Source: an uncultured bacterium (GTDB taxonomy: Bacteria; Schekmanbacteria; GWA2-38-11; J061). From it: a DNA stretch of 64,000 nucleotides. The notes under the pieces are model-generated. The model saw nothing but the letters and a program-made list of their open reading frames with translations. It was not told where the DNA came from and did not search any database. Location of the stretch: contig CAZJVM010000007.1 in the NCBI GenBank assembly GCA_964549305.1, positions 3,029 to 67,028 on the forward strand. The letters run 5' to 3'. Made by a program: the position numbers and the translations under genes. This document shows, one piece after another, positions 29,143-39,152 of the stretch (positions are counted from its first letter, which is position 1; the number at the start of each line of letters is the position of its first letter).

Positions 29143-29907
29143 TCATGCAAAAAGAAATTCATGTAAAAATCTTTCCGTCCACTCCTCACCAAAAAATTTT
29201 CTATACAATCCGCCTCCTGGATCATTTTCAGCATATGCGCTTTTAAACTTATTTTTAAACTCAAGCACTTCTGTCAGAAGCTCAGGGTTCTCAATAGGGG
29301 TAGCTTCCTTCACTTTCTCAATATATAAATTGAGATATTCTTTAAAACCCTGCTCTATCTTCTCCTCATATTCTTTCGGACAACGAAAATAAAAAGGATA
29401 TTTTGAGGAATATTCTCTAGTCCATTCTCTTAATTGGGTACGTGATCCTCCAAGCAGAGGAATATTTTTATATTTCTCCTTAATTTCCGCCAAAGGTTCT
29501 GAATAATGCTTTAAATACAATTCATCCCTGCGCATAGGATGGAAATCCAGTAAAATAAAAAGCCAGCCCTTTGTCTCAGCCGAATCATAAATCAGAGCGG
29601 GAAAGTCATAGTTATTGGCAGGCCATATAACACTATTTCTCACATAGACGGCACCTACAGCATTAAATGCAGAGGTCTTAATATTTTCAAACTTCTCAAA
29701 GGAATAAAGACTGCTTCTTTGCTCTATGAGGCTTTTTCCCTCTATATTTTTTTTATGTGCGAAATCTTTCGGCAGTTCGTCCTTCCTAAGCTTGAAATGC
29801 TGAGTCAATGATTCAATGAGGATTTCATTGAATCTAAGTTTCAACGATTGCCCCGGTGCTCGTTCATAAAGAAGTCCCGCCTCTTTATTTCTATCTTTAG
29901 AACCCAT
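29143..29907 (-). CDS. Ferredoxin-dependent bilin reductase (FDBR, PcyA/PebA-family) homolog, paralog 1
   Basis: The C-terminus RKFFGEEWTERFLHEFLFA matches the PcyA C-terminal KAFGEAWAERYMSQVLFD. The core NSVIWP...DFPALIYDSA aligns to PcyA HCVMFP...LPLFGCDIV, with the catalytic Asp conserved but Asn in place of the PcyA His88-equivalent. Confidence 0.6.
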   Translation of the reverse strand: MGSKDRNKEAGLLYERAPGQSLKLRFNEILIESLTQHFKLRKDELPKDFAHKKNIEGKSLIEQRSSLYSFEKFENIKTSAFNAVGAVYVRNSVIWPANNYDFPALIYDSAETKGWLFILLDFHPMRRDELYLKHYSEPLAEIKEKYKNIPLLGGSRTQLREWTREYSSKYPFYFRCPKEYEEKIEQGFKEYLNLYIEKVKEATPIENPELLTEVLEFKNKFKSAYAENDPGGGLYRKFFGEEWTERFLHEFLFA

Positions 29908-29980
29908 TTTGTTTGCCTTTTTTTGTCATAAGACTCCTGTCAAAAACTATACTGTTGTAAAAAAATGTTTCAGCAATCTC

Positions 29981-30508
29981 CTAATCCTTTGTCCAGTGCA
30001 GAAAATACATCCATTGTTTCGCCGTATTCATAAAGTGGATTTCTTCAGGCTCGATTTTGATTGCACACATTCTGTTAAAGAGCACCTCTTCATAATTCTC
30101 ACCAAAATCCCGTATAAGATTGTCTATCCCATAATTCTCAAAACCCTTTCTCGTTCCCTTCTTTTCAACATGCTCCATAAAGAGAGATTCGTTGTTCCTG
30201 AGAGTTATTATTTCCCCTTTGCCCCGGTAGGAAATACCAACAGTTGTTGTCCATCCATAGGTCCCCTTTTCATAATTTTCGAAACGGGACACAGCCACAT
30301 TGGGGTTTTCCAGTACATCCTTAACCTTTTGACCCTCCTGTGAATCACAGCTTATCCACATGGTCAGCCCCTCATTTCTGTAACCTACCGGTGTTGCCTT
30401 AATAATATTATCGTGAGATGTAGATAGTACGCACAGAAAGTTAGCATCCAAATATTCAATAATCTCCTGCTCTACTTCTTTCTTATTTTTTCCAAAATTC
30501 TTCTCCAT
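29981..30508 (-). CDS. Pyridoxamine 5'-phosphate oxidase-like FMN-binding split-barrel protein
   Basis: 175 aa. N-terminal NFLCVLSTSHDN...ATPV is typical of the PNPOx-like fold. Its size equals HutZ-type proteins, and it has two His near the C-terminus. Confidence 0.6.
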   Translation of the reverse strand: MEKNFGKNKKEVEQEIIEYLDANFLCVLSTSHDNIIKATPVGYRNEGLTMWISCDSQEGQKVKDVLENPNVAVSRFENYEKGTYGWTTTVGISYRGKGEIITLRNNESLFMEHVEKKGTRKGFENYGIDNLIRDFGENYEEVLFNRMCAIKIEPEEIHFMNTAKQWMYFLHWTKD

Positions 30509-30637
30509 AATTTTTCTCCTTTTTAATTGATAAGATAAATGCTATTTGATGATTACAAAGAATATCTTAGTGCTGAGCATGTCCTCGCTTTCGCATTCTC
30601 CATCACGATCTATGACATTTTTTTTCATCAGTTCAGA

Positions 30638-30880
30638 TCATCCGCATGAATATATTACTCCTGTCCCGCTTGCAGGAACCTGAACCTGAATGGCACCTGC
30701 ATCACACACAACTTCACAACTCCAACACTCAAGACATTGATCTATATGTAAAACATAGGCCTTGTCTTCTTTTATCTCAAAGACCTGACCGCCGCAGATG
30801 ACAGTGCAACTTCCACAACCAGTACATTTTTTTTGATTAACGACAATAAATCTTTCCGGTGCCTGAACTCGTTTACCCAC
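30638..30880 (-). CDS. 2x[4Fe-4S] ferredoxin (FixX-like)
   Basis: 80 aa with CTGCGSCTVIC and CLECWSCEVVC. Confidence 0.8.
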   Translation of the reverse strand: MGKRVQAPERFIVVNQKKCTGCGSCTVICGGQVFEIKEDKAYVLHIDQCLECWSCEVVCDAGAIQVQVPASGTGVIYSCG

Positions 30881-30892
30881 AACATTCCCTCC

Positions 30893-32356
30893 TTAAAATG
30901 GATGGTCATAAACCTTGTTTTCAGTGAATGACTGCTGATTTTTTTGAAACCACTTTAGTATTCGCGGAAACATATCAGGGTCTGCAAGAATTGGAGCATA
31001 CATATTCAGAAAGTGATTTATTTTTACAGCTATAAGCCAGGCACCCATTTCCTCATATCCAAACTCGCCGCATTTTTCAGGACTTGGAACGCCCATGACA
31101 TGAGGCATTGCAGCAAAACGCATATTATCCACAACTTGCTCCATACTGCATTTATGCTTATCCATATATCCTGCACCGGTACTCCATGATACGATGCGTG
31201 TAGGACTTACCTCACCAAGCTCCTTAGAAAATATTGCCCCTCCCTGAATTTCATCATTATTTTTTAGCTTTCTCTGCACTGCTTCAGAAAATCTTGCTAC
31301 GGCAAAATCTGAAAGAGCTTCCTCTGATAAGTCGTTTCTTTCCAACAGTGGGGTTACAAAAGTTGCCGCACGCTCTCCAGCGTCGCATAATCCTCCTACA
31401 CCACCGGCATCACCGCAGATGATAAGCCCTGCCAGATAAGGTTTTTTTAGTGGAGGGCCCGGCAGAAATGCTGACTGGCGCTGATATGGCCTATCCGGGA
31501 ATCCATCACATGGACGCAACATCCGCTTTACTTCCATTATTTTATAGAGGTTCTGAATATACTTGCTCCGGGAGTTCTTTTGTGAGCGTACCATAGAGCT
31601 TAATGGGGTGAATCCAGTTGGCGCATTAACAGTTACAATGCCCCCGGGGCGCAGACTCATCGTACATCCGCCCCACGGATGAGGCGGGGTCAGAGTGACT
31701 CCATAAAATATATGTCGCGCATACTCAACATATTCAAACATCTCTTCTTCCGACCTGAATTTCCACGCTTCGCCGTACTGATAACAGCATATATCTTTAT
31801 TCCATTTCCTTAAAAGACCTGCTTTCTTTGCAACGGTTGAAGTCCTTCCGTCAGCGGCAATGGTAAGCTGTGCTCTGATTTCTTCGCCGCTTTGAGTTAT
31901 AACACCCTTCACAACTTGATTTTTAATAAGCAGACTTGCAATCTTGACACCCGTTCTAAGCTCGGCACCGGCTTCCACAGCTTCTTTCGAAAGAACCCTG
32001 ACAAAGTCGCAATTATTAACACCGTAACTTTCTTCCTGAGCGGTACTTCCAGGTGCAACAGACATAGATTTGAATATAACCTTATTGCTTGCGTCAACAT
32101 AGTAGTAATGATGGGCTCTTCCCAGGTCTCCGGGATTCAGGTGCGGTATCTTTTTGATAACTCCCTTCATTAGTTTAACCAGGCGGGGACGGTTATGGTA
32201 GATTACACCCGGAACATACTCAGTCGCCCCCTGGCATTTGTCTCCCGGAGTTGTGCTCGCTTCAATAAGCAAAGTTTTAAAACCGCTTTTTGCCAGAAAA
32301 TAGGCGGCTGTCCCGCCATTGCTACCTGCACCCACAATAATAACATCATATGTCAT
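30893..32356 (-). CDS. FAD-dependent oxidoreductase, geranylgeranyl-reductase/FixC-like family
   Basis: Dinucleotide-binding YDVIIVGAGSNGGTAA. The start is taken at the internal MTYDVII because a GGAGG lies about 8 nt upstream of it. The ORF track extends to 32416. Confidence 0.75.
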   Translation of the reverse strand: MTYDVIIVGAGSNGGTAAYFLAKSGFKTLLIEASTTPGDKCQGATEYVPGVIYHNRPRLVKLMKGVIKKIPHLNPGDLGRAHHYYYVDASNKVIFKSMSVAPGSTAQEESYGVNNCDFVRVLSKEAVEAGAELRTGVKIASLLIKNQVVKGVITQSGEEIRAQLTIAADGRTSTVAKKAGLLRKWNKDICCYQYGEAWKFRSEEEMFEYVEYARHIFYGVTLTPPHPWGGCTMSLRPGGIVTVNAPTGFTPLSSMVRSQKNSRSKYIQNLYKIMEVKRMLRPCDGFPDRPYQRQSAFLPGPPLKKPYLAGLIICGDAGGVGGLCDAGERAATFVTPLLERNDLSEEALSDFAVARFSEAVQRKLKNNDEIQGGAIFSKELGEVSPTRIVSWSTGAGYMDKHKCSMEQVVDNMRFAAMPHVMGVPSPEKCGEFGYEEMGAWLIAVKINHFLNMYAPILADPDMFPRILKWFQKNQQSFTENKVYDHPF

Positions 32357-32470
32357 AACACCACCCTCCGCTTGACAAATAGAGAAAAGGCATCTATAGT
32401 TAGTATCTAAGAGCAAATTGTTTTATTAACTATTACCTTTACAAACATATAGTATTAGGAGAACTAATAA

Positions 32471-32995
32471 ATGTCAAGAGAAAAAACCGAGAAAAAAAAG
32501 ATTAAGACCAACAAGAAAAATCAGGATCAGGTTATTGAATATTACATACGGCAACTCCACATCGATCTTAAAAGAGCGCTAACATCCTATGTCCTCATGT
32601 TTATTTTAAAAATAAGGCCTCACTATTCTTTTGAAATTAGAAAAAAGGCTATTGAAATAGGCACCCTCATTAGCAATATTTCCGGAGTTGATGAACCAAA
32701 AATAATAATAGCTCCAAAAGTTATCTACGATAATTTCAAAAAACTGGAAAAAAAAGGCTTAGTCGGCAGCTATTTGAAAAAATCTGAAGTTGGCCCTGAC
32801 AGAAAATATTATTATCTCACCGCGTTGGGGGAACGCCTTTTTGATGAAGCAGTTATCAAAATCCTTTATCCCCGCTTACTGCTTTTTATAACCGCCGTCG
32901 ATAACGGTATTAAAGAATTGAACGGAATAGCAGAACCCGCAAGAAAGGAAACTAAGAAACTGCATAGCTTGATTAATGATATTTTTAACAGCTAA
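32471..32995 (+). CDS. PadR-family transcriptional regulator, divergent from the reductase gene string
   Basis: Winged-helix PadR pattern SYVLMFIL...EKKGLVGSYLKK...RKYYYLTALGERLF. Confidence 0.6.
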   Translation: MSREKTEKKKIKTNKKNQDQVIEYYIRQLHIDLKRALTSYVLMFILKIRPHYSFEIRKKAIEIGTLISNISGVDEPKIIIAPKVIYDNFKKLEKKGLVGSYLKKSEVGPDRKYYYLTALGERLFDEAVIKILYPRLLLFITAVDNGIKELNGIAEPARKETKKLHSLINDIFNS

Positions 32996-33063
32996 ATCGC
33001 AAATAGATTTCGCTAATTAAAGAGAACAACTGGTTAAAGAATTAAAGAAAAGGAGAAAGAGTC

Positions 33064-33390
33064 ATGCCGAAAGAATATAAAATCACTTTAGAAATCACAC
33101 AAGTTGGAGGAACTTGCAGGGCAGGATGCAAAGTTGGGCAGACATTTGAACTCTCCACAACAAAGACTGACAATTTATGCGGGGCCTTTTATCACAGCCT
33201 TTTTCCAACTATATCTGTCTTCGACAATGATGGGGAATTCTGGTATCTTCCAAATAAAGACACTTTTCCGGTACGATGTCCGGATTATGTAAACGATGTC
33301 AGGGGAACACTGCGAAGAGATTATGTGGGAGAGTTAAAGCTGTCACCCGAAGTGTTAAAAAAAATCAAAGAATTAAAGGATAAACTTTAA
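33064..33390 (+). CDS. TIGR04076-like small cysteine-containing protein
   Basis: 108 aa. The pattern CRAGCKVGQTFEL ... LCGAFYHSL ... GEFWY ... RCPDY resembles the TIGR04076 family as remembered. Confidence 0.35.
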   Translation: MPKEYKITLEITQVGGTCRAGCKVGQTFELSTTKTDNLCGAFYHSLFPTISVFDNDGEFWYLPNKDTFPVRCPDYVNDVRGTLRRDYVGELKLSPEVLKKIKELKDKL

Positions 33391-33433
33391 ATTTAAAAAC
33401 TAAGAGAAACCCACCATAAGGGATTTAAATTCT

Positions 33434-35581
33434 TCAATTCACATATCCCAATGCCTTCATCTGATTAAGCTGTTCTTCTCTTATCTTCTCGTCATTTGCG
33501 CTTTCTTTCGAATCTTTTGGGGCCTGATTGTTTTTTTCAATCCAGTCGGAAAGTTCCTTTTTCATTTTTTCCATCATTTCGGGCTTCACAAAGCTTACAT
33601 CTTCCGTCTCTTCGGGATTCTGCTCCAAATCATAGAGTTCGACCTTTCCGCTCTCCATTCCCATAATGAGTTTATAATTATTCTCTATAATCGCCTTTCT
33701 TTTCTCAAAGTAATATGTCCCCTCGCAAAAAACCCTTTTGTCCTTTGATTCCTCTTCTCCCTCAATATAGGGCATCAGGCTCTCGCCCTCATAAAGCGCG
33801 GGCTTTTCTATCCCGGCAATATCAAAAAATGTGGGCATAACATCGATTGCGGAAACGAGCGATTGGATTTTTTTAGGAGAACCGACTCCCGGAATGGAAA
33901 ATATGAGAGGTACTCTTACAAGCTCATCATAAAGACTCTGTCCGTGATAATAGTCATTATGCTCCCAAAATTCCTCGCCATGGTCGGAAGTTACGCATAT
34001 CACGGTTTTATCGTATATCCCTTCATCTCTCAAGGCATTAAGGATATCCTCAAAAATCTTGTCCATATATAAAACTTCGCCATCATACAACTGTCTTATA
34101 TATTTTTTTTCATTGTTCTTTAAATAAATCTTTCCGTCGCGAATCTGAAAAAGCTGTGGAAATCCCAATGACTCATCCATAGGGGCAAAGAGGGGCCAGG
34201 GCTTTTCACCCTTAATGTCTCCTCTGAATTCCCCGGGAGGATTGTAGGGGTCGTGAGGGTCAACAAAATGCACCCAGAGGAAAAAATTATTCCCTTTATT
34301 CTCCTTTATAAAGCGAAGCGCGCCCTCCTTTAAAATTTGCGAGCTGTCCATGAGGTACTTGTATTTTTCCTCAGGGAATGTATATGCCGCCATTGTGCCT
34401 AAAAGGGGAAGAATAAAAGAAAAACGATTCATAACCGGAGTGTGATGATTGAGTGTCACAACACTGTCAAATCCCTGTGATATGCCCGAAGACTTTCTTA
34501 GCAGATAATTACCTATAAATGCCGCGCTTTTGTAACGTTTTTTATCGAGAGCTTCGGAAAAGGTTTCCGCTTCAGGGGAAATCCTGTAATAATCGAGTGA
34601 ATTGCCCACCGAAAGTTTAGAAGGCGACTGCGATGAAAAGAGTGATACCATCGAGGGAATTGTCCACGGTGCTGAGGAATAGGATTTTTCGAAGACAATA
34701 TTTTTCGCGGCAAATGAGTTGAAGACAGGAGTTGAAAGCTTGCCTCCGTAAGCGCCAAGGGCATCCGCCCTTAAAGTGTCGAATGTCAAAAGCACGTAAT
34801 TGTAACCACCATTCTCCGCTGCTTCATCACTTGAGAAAAATGCCGGTACGCCAAAGAGCGGTATCACGATAAAAATAACCGTAACTGAGAGACTTTTAAA
34901 AATGGAAGGAGTAGAAAATCCTAACTTTCCCTTAAAGGATAAAATACCGGCAAAAAGGGCAATTAAAGACCAGGCGACGGAAACTGCAATAAGCATTAAA
35001 CTTCCGAAGGTAAGGGATTCATACTTTAAGTATCCCGCAGTTGAAAAGATTATCATCATCGAGATATGGGCAATGAGGGGAATAAGCAATGAAAGACATA
35101 TTAACGGATATTTCTCCACCCATCTTCCGCTTGCGCCATTTATTTTCTTAAAAATGAAAACTGCAAAAAGCACGAGTACAACCGCCAATGCAAAAAGAAG
35201 AGTCAGAATTTGAAAAAAACGGGGAGTGATTTTTACAAAATAAAAATAATAGTAAAGCCAGTTTAAGGAAGTAACAATCCAAAGGGAAATAGCCGATAAA
35301 ATCAATGGAAAAATTGTACAGTTTTTATCCTTTCCACTTTTCAATCCAAAGCGGTTTAAAACAAAAAAACTTACGATTAAAACCGTTATGCCAATAACGA
35401 AGTAAGCAAATAATCCCTGAACTACAAGCAATATTATTTCATTCGGAGCAAAGGGTTGGGGGGCAAACCTGAAGAATCCGAAAGAGATGTCAAAGGCGGT
35501 GAAAAAAAACGCAAGCACAAGGGCGTTTGCGATTAAAGAACTCAGTATAAAAGAGCTTTTTATTTTATTGTTTCCCGACAA
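33434..35581 (-). CDS. Membrane-anchored sulfatase-like (LtaS/alkaline-phosphatase superfamily) protein
   Basis: N-terminal roughly 9 TM segments. The C-terminal domain has LLTFDTLRADALGAYG (a Thr-type nucleophile region) and a HGEEF-like metal site. Confidence 0.7.
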   Translation of the reverse strand: MSGNNKIKSSFILSSLIANALVLAFFFTAFDISFGFFRFAPQPFAPNEIILLVVQGLFAYFVIGITVLIVSFFVLNRFGLKSGKDKNCTIFPLILSAISLWIVTSLNWLYYYFYFVKITPRFFQILTLLFALAVVLVLFAVFIFKKINGASGRWVEKYPLICLSLLIPLIAHISMMIIFSTAGYLKYESLTFGSLMLIAVSVAWSLIALFAGILSFKGKLGFSTPSIFKSLSVTVIFIVIPLFGVPAFFSSDEAAENGGYNYVLLTFDTLRADALGAYGGKLSTPVFNSFAAKNIVFEKSYSSAPWTIPSMVSLFSSQSPSKLSVGNSLDYYRISPEAETFSEALDKKRYKSAAFIGNYLLRKSSGISQGFDSVVTLNHHTPVMNRFSFILPLLGTMAAYTFPEEKYKYLMDSSQILKEGALRFIKENKGNNFFLWVHFVDPHDPYNPPGEFRGDIKGEKPWPLFAPMDESLGFPQLFQIRDGKIYLKNNEKKYIRQLYDGEVLYMDKIFEDILNALRDEGIYDKTVICVTSDHGEEFWEHNDYYHGQSLYDELVRVPLIFSIPGVGSPKKIQSLVSAIDVMPTFFDIAGIEKPALYEGESLMPYIEGEEESKDKRVFCEGTYYFEKRKAIIENNYKLIMGMESGKVELYDLEQNPEETEDVSFVKPEMMEKMKKELSDWIEKNNQAPKDSKESANDEKIREEQLNQMKALGYVN

Positions 35582-35710
35582 TTTTTCAGAATTTCAATTT
35601 AAAAATAAACAGAGCACTAAAAGTATTGTGGAATAATCGCCTTTTAAAAGTCAAGAGGTTAGCTTTTAGAAATGAATAATCTGATTTAACCATTGTCGCC
35701 TCATCTCGAA

Positions 35711-36850
35711 TTAAGACTTTCTGAAACTTACGTAAAAAAATCCCGCTATAATGAATGAGAGAGCAGACGCAATGAAGAAGGGAAATTTAATACCCAGAGA
35801 AACCGAGATTATACCCGCGCCCGCAGGGGCGATTAAATAGGCAACGGAAAAGGACATATTCCAGAGAGCGTATGCCGTGCCTTCGGCATTGATGGCGGAT
35901 TCGGAGATAAGAGTCATTGACGCCGTTACCATTGTGCCGAGGGCAAAACCGAAAAAAACCGAAAGCACAGTCCAGACAAAAAACGACGCGCTTTGCACAA
36001 AAAGAGTTATCGTCACCCCTGCAATTAAAAAGGAAGCTACAACAGGTTTCAGGCATCCTGAAAGGGATATCCATTTCCCGATAAGCGGTTGGCAGATTGT
36101 AAGCACAATTGCCATTACACCAAAAAGTATTCCTATCTCCAATTTCTTAAAGGCAAGTGAATCCATATAAAGTGGAAACAAAAGTTCGAGTACTCCGACG
36201 CAAAGATAGGCATAAAATATAACGGCACAACCCAAAAGGATTTTTCTTTCCCGAAGAAGCGAAAAAAGAGAGGCGTTGTCGCTTTTATCCCTTACAAAAT
36301 CATCTTTCACTGCAAAGAACGAAACCGCTGACATAAGAAGGGAAATCACGGCGCAAATGAGAAAAGGAAGTTCGAAAGGGCTCATTCCGCCTATTATGGG
36401 GCCGGCAATAAGCCCCAATCCGTATGAAGCGCTGATTAAGCTTAAATAGCGCGCGCGCTTATTTCCGCTTTCCGCGCATTTTGAAGCAAGGGGTTGTGCG
36501 GCAACCCATGAGACAGCAGATGCCATCCCCTGAAAAGCCCTTGCCGCAAAGAAAACGATAAATGAATCCGTTATAGTCAAAAGGCAGGAAGAAAGAAAAA
36601 GAAGAAACATACCAGATGAAATCACCAAACGGTGTTTCCCCGTGCGGTCGATGATTTTTCCCACAGGCAATACAACAAGAATGAACGCCACGGGATAGGC
36701 TGAAAAAGCGAACCCCAACGCCCTTTCCGAGACATTGAGAATCTTCGCGAATATTGGTATTGCCGGCGTTATTATCCCGTAACCGAGCATATCGGTAAAA
36801 ATCACACCGCAGCATACAAGCAGAGTAATTACGGAAGATCTTTTCCCCAT
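35711..36850 (-). CDS. MFS transporter
   Basis: 12 TM-like segments and a G-x-L-x-D-R-x-G-R-like loop (GKIIDRTGKHR). Confidence 0.8.
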   Translation of the reverse strand: MGKRSSVITLLVCCGVIFTDMLGYGIITPAIPIFAKILNVSERALGFAFSAYPVAFILVVLPVGKIIDRTGKHRLVISSGMFLLFLSSCLLTITDSFIVFFAARAFQGMASAVSWVAAQPLASKCAESGNKRARYLSLISASYGLGLIAGPIIGGMSPFELPFLICAVISLLMSAVSFFAVKDDFVRDKSDNASLFSLLRERKILLGCAVIFYAYLCVGVLELLFPLYMDSLAFKKLEIGILFGVMAIVLTICQPLIGKWISLSGCLKPVVASFLIAGVTITLFVQSASFFVWTVLSVFFGFALGTMVTASMTLISESAINAEGTAYALWNMSFSVAYLIAPAGAGIISVSLGIKFPFFIASALSFIIAGFFYVSFRKS

Positions 36851-36944
36851 TTTTATCTCCGAAAAAAAATCATCAGAGAAACAATAATACAGGAATTTTC
36901 TCTATCAAAGGAAGAGGATAAAAGACATTATATATTTGAGGATA

Positions 36945-37670
36945 TCAACCCCCTGCAAAGAGGATATTGTGGAAATAGTAATCAGCCCACTCCCTGCCGA
37001 AATATTTTTTCATTGGGCCGTACCCGGGATCCTGATCGATATATGCCTGAACTATTCTTTTTCTTCCTTCTGCAACCTTTTGAATCCTTTCATCATCATC
37101 GAGCGGATTCGCGGCACTAACAAAAGAAACATAGGTTTCAAAATAGTCCATAGTGGCAGCGAAAGACTCTTCAAGACAGTCCAAGTTCGTGGATGTTACA
37201 TTCAGACCGTAACCGGAAGCTATGTTTTTAAGCCATTCTCTGTCACGAGGTATTTCGTTTGGGAGATTCTTATATTTTTCGTGAAGGAGTTTTATAGGTG
37301 AAATATATTTTTCATCCGTTTCTCTATCTCTTAAATATGGCTGAATATCGCAAAACATTACTATCATTTTCCCAAAGACAACTACATCGGTGCCGAAAAA
37401 AGGAAGGTCGTATTTTCCGTCGGGAAAGATACTGAAGTTGTGCGACTGCACAACGCCGTGGACAACGAGCTTTGAAAGTGAAATATGCTTCAGTTTTTCC
37501 GTGTGGAAGGTCTTTGCCATATTTTCAACGTCTTTTCCTTCGGCGTGAACTTTTTTGTAGACGAATTCCTCTGCAAGTTCGTTCTGGACCGGATTTAACG
37601 CTTTTGTCATTTTCCCGACCATGCGTTCATAGAAATCATATACCTTCAATCCATCGGTATTCTCACTCAT
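36945..37670 (-). CDS. Ferredoxin-dependent bilin reductase (FDBR) homolog, paralog 2
   Basis: C-terminus KKYFGREWADYYFHNILFAGG. The core HNFSIFPDGKYDLPFFGTDVVVFG aligns to PcyA [24 protein letters not shown] with the catalytic His and Asp both conserved. KLKHISLSKL is similar to PcyA RKMHLELAKV. Confidence 0.65.
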   Translation of the reverse strand: MSENTDGLKVYDFYERMVGKMTKALNPVQNELAEEFVYKKVHAEGKDVENMAKTFHTEKLKHISLSKLVVHGVVQSHNFSIFPDGKYDLPFFGTDVVVFGKMIVMFCDIQPYLRDRETDEKYISPIKLLHEKYKNLPNEIPRDREWLKNIASGYGLNVTSTNLDCLEESFAATMDYFETYVSFVSAANPLDDDERIQKVAEGRKRIVQAYIDQDPGYGPMKKYFGREWADYYFHNILFAGG

Positions 37671-37853
37671 CTGAAATCTCCCTTAAATAGTATCAAGACA
37701 AATAGTTTATAAACTTCAAATAAGTTATTAAGGTATCAGGAAAAACCGAGCAGTCAATCGAAAAATTTTTAAAAATGTTCAGTATTGTGCACAAACATAC
37801 ATACAATAATATATTTTCTTTTCGCTAATTCAATTATAAAAATCCGCCCGAAG

Positions 37854-38480
37854 TCAGCGGTTGTTTGGAATGTCTTCAAACACCGAAGGCGCCTTTTCTT
37901 TCAGAATATCGAGAATATTAAGGCAGATTTGCTTTATCTCCCACTGGGCATCGGGTTTGAGGCGAAGTTCGAGTATATGGCGCCATTCTCTGAAGTTTGC
38001 CGTAATTACGATTTCGCTTTTAACGGCATTTGGAAGGACAAAGCGCGCATCTTCATTTTTGATTCCCATTTTCTGAAGCTCGCGGTAGGAATCCTGAATC
38101 TTGTCCACAGTTTCCGTGAAAATTCTGTGGGCTTCGGGGTTAGAGACTATGGAAAGGGGTTCCACGTAATCAAAGTTTTTTTCGCTTACATATCTTTGCG
38201 ACTGTTGTGAAAAGGCGCATAGGCGATGCCTTACAAGCTGATGGGTAAAAGCGCGCGACCCGCCCCTTATGCGAAAGGTCGCCGAAGCGTGTTCAAGCAC
38301 AGATAAATGACCGCTTCTTACAATCATATGAATGAATGACTTTTCGCTGTCGGAAGATTTTTTATCAAATGAAAGGTAGCAGGTCCTTCCGGCGTCTTCT
38401 ATAACCTTTTCCGCATTTTCAGTTATGCTTATTAACTCAACTTCGGAGTTTGAATCATTGGAGTTTTTGTTCTCATTCAT
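37854..38480 (-). CDS. thyX: FAD-dependent thymidylate synthase ThyX
   Basis: ThyX signature RHR-x7-S-x-R-Y, present as VRHRLCAFSQQSQRY. Confidence 0.8.
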   Translation of the reverse strand: MNENKNSNDSNSEVELISITENAEKVIEDAGRTCYLSFDKKSSDSEKSFIHMIVRSGHLSVLEHASATFRIRGGSRAFTHQLVRHRLCAFSQQSQRYVSEKNFDYVEPLSIVSNPEAHRIFTETVDKIQDSYRELQKMGIKNEDARFVLPNAVKSEIVITANFREWRHILELRLKPDAQWEIKQICLNILDILKEKAPSVFEDIPNNR

Positions 38481-38496
38481 ATATTCCGCAAAATCC

Positions 38497-39072
38497 TTAT
38501 TTTATTCCCTCATAGGGGCGCGAAAGTTCATTTTCTATTCCAAGCAGGTCAAGGCTTCTGCCTACTGTAAAATCAACTATCTCCTCTATGCTCTTCGGGC
38601 GATGATAAAAAGACGGTGAAAGAGGAAAGATAATCCCTCCGATTTCCGAAAGGCGCGTCAGATTTTTTAGATGCCCGAGATGAAGAGGAGTTTCGCGGAC
38701 GCACACGACAAGCGGTTTCTTCTCCTTAAGATTGACATCGGCAGACCTGACTATGAGATTGTCGGCAAGGGAAAACGATACGGCAGACATTGTTTTTATA
38801 CTGCATGGCATTATTATCATTCCGCTTCTCTTGAATGACCCGCTTGCAATGGGAGCTGCAAGGTCGCTGTTTTCAAAAACCCTGTCACATTTTGAGGCAA
38901 GATTCGATGGGGATATTTCTGTTTCATGCTCTATAATCATCTTCCCCTTGTCGCTCATTATAAGTGAAGTTTCGATGTCTTCGCGACTGCTGAGATAGTC
39001 CACGAGCCTTACGGCATAAGCGGCGCCCGTTGCCCCTGTTATTCCAATGATTATACTTTTTTTATTTCCCAT
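38497..39072 (-). CDS. ubiX: UbiX/Pad1 family flavin prenyltransferase
   Basis: N-terminal IIGITGATGAAYAVRLV, MIIMPCSIKTMSAVS and a C-terminal HLGHL/ENELSRPY-like region typical of UbiX. Confidence 0.8.
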   Translation of the reverse strand: MGNKKSIIIGITGATGAAYAVRLVDYLSSREDIETSLIMSDKGKMIIEHETEISPSNLASKCDRVFENSDLAAPIASGSFKRSGMIIMPCSIKTMSAVSFSLADNLIVRSADVNLKEKKPLVVCVRETPLHLGHLKNLTRLSEIGGIIFPLSPSFYHRPKSIEEIVDFTVGRSLDLLGIENELSRPYEGIK

Positions 39073-39152
39073 ACTTTTTTCAGCTCTTTAATTTTTAAAA
39101 GAGGCAAAACCTCGAACGGATTTTTTAACTTTAATAAAACAGCAATGTCAAT

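Noticed and set aside
33434-35581. Sulfatase requiring the radical SAM maturase at 48733
   Set aside because: The sulfatase-like domain has a Thr-type (DTLRAD) nucleophile region, not the C/S-x-P-x-R formylglycine motif, and the two genes are 13 kb apart.
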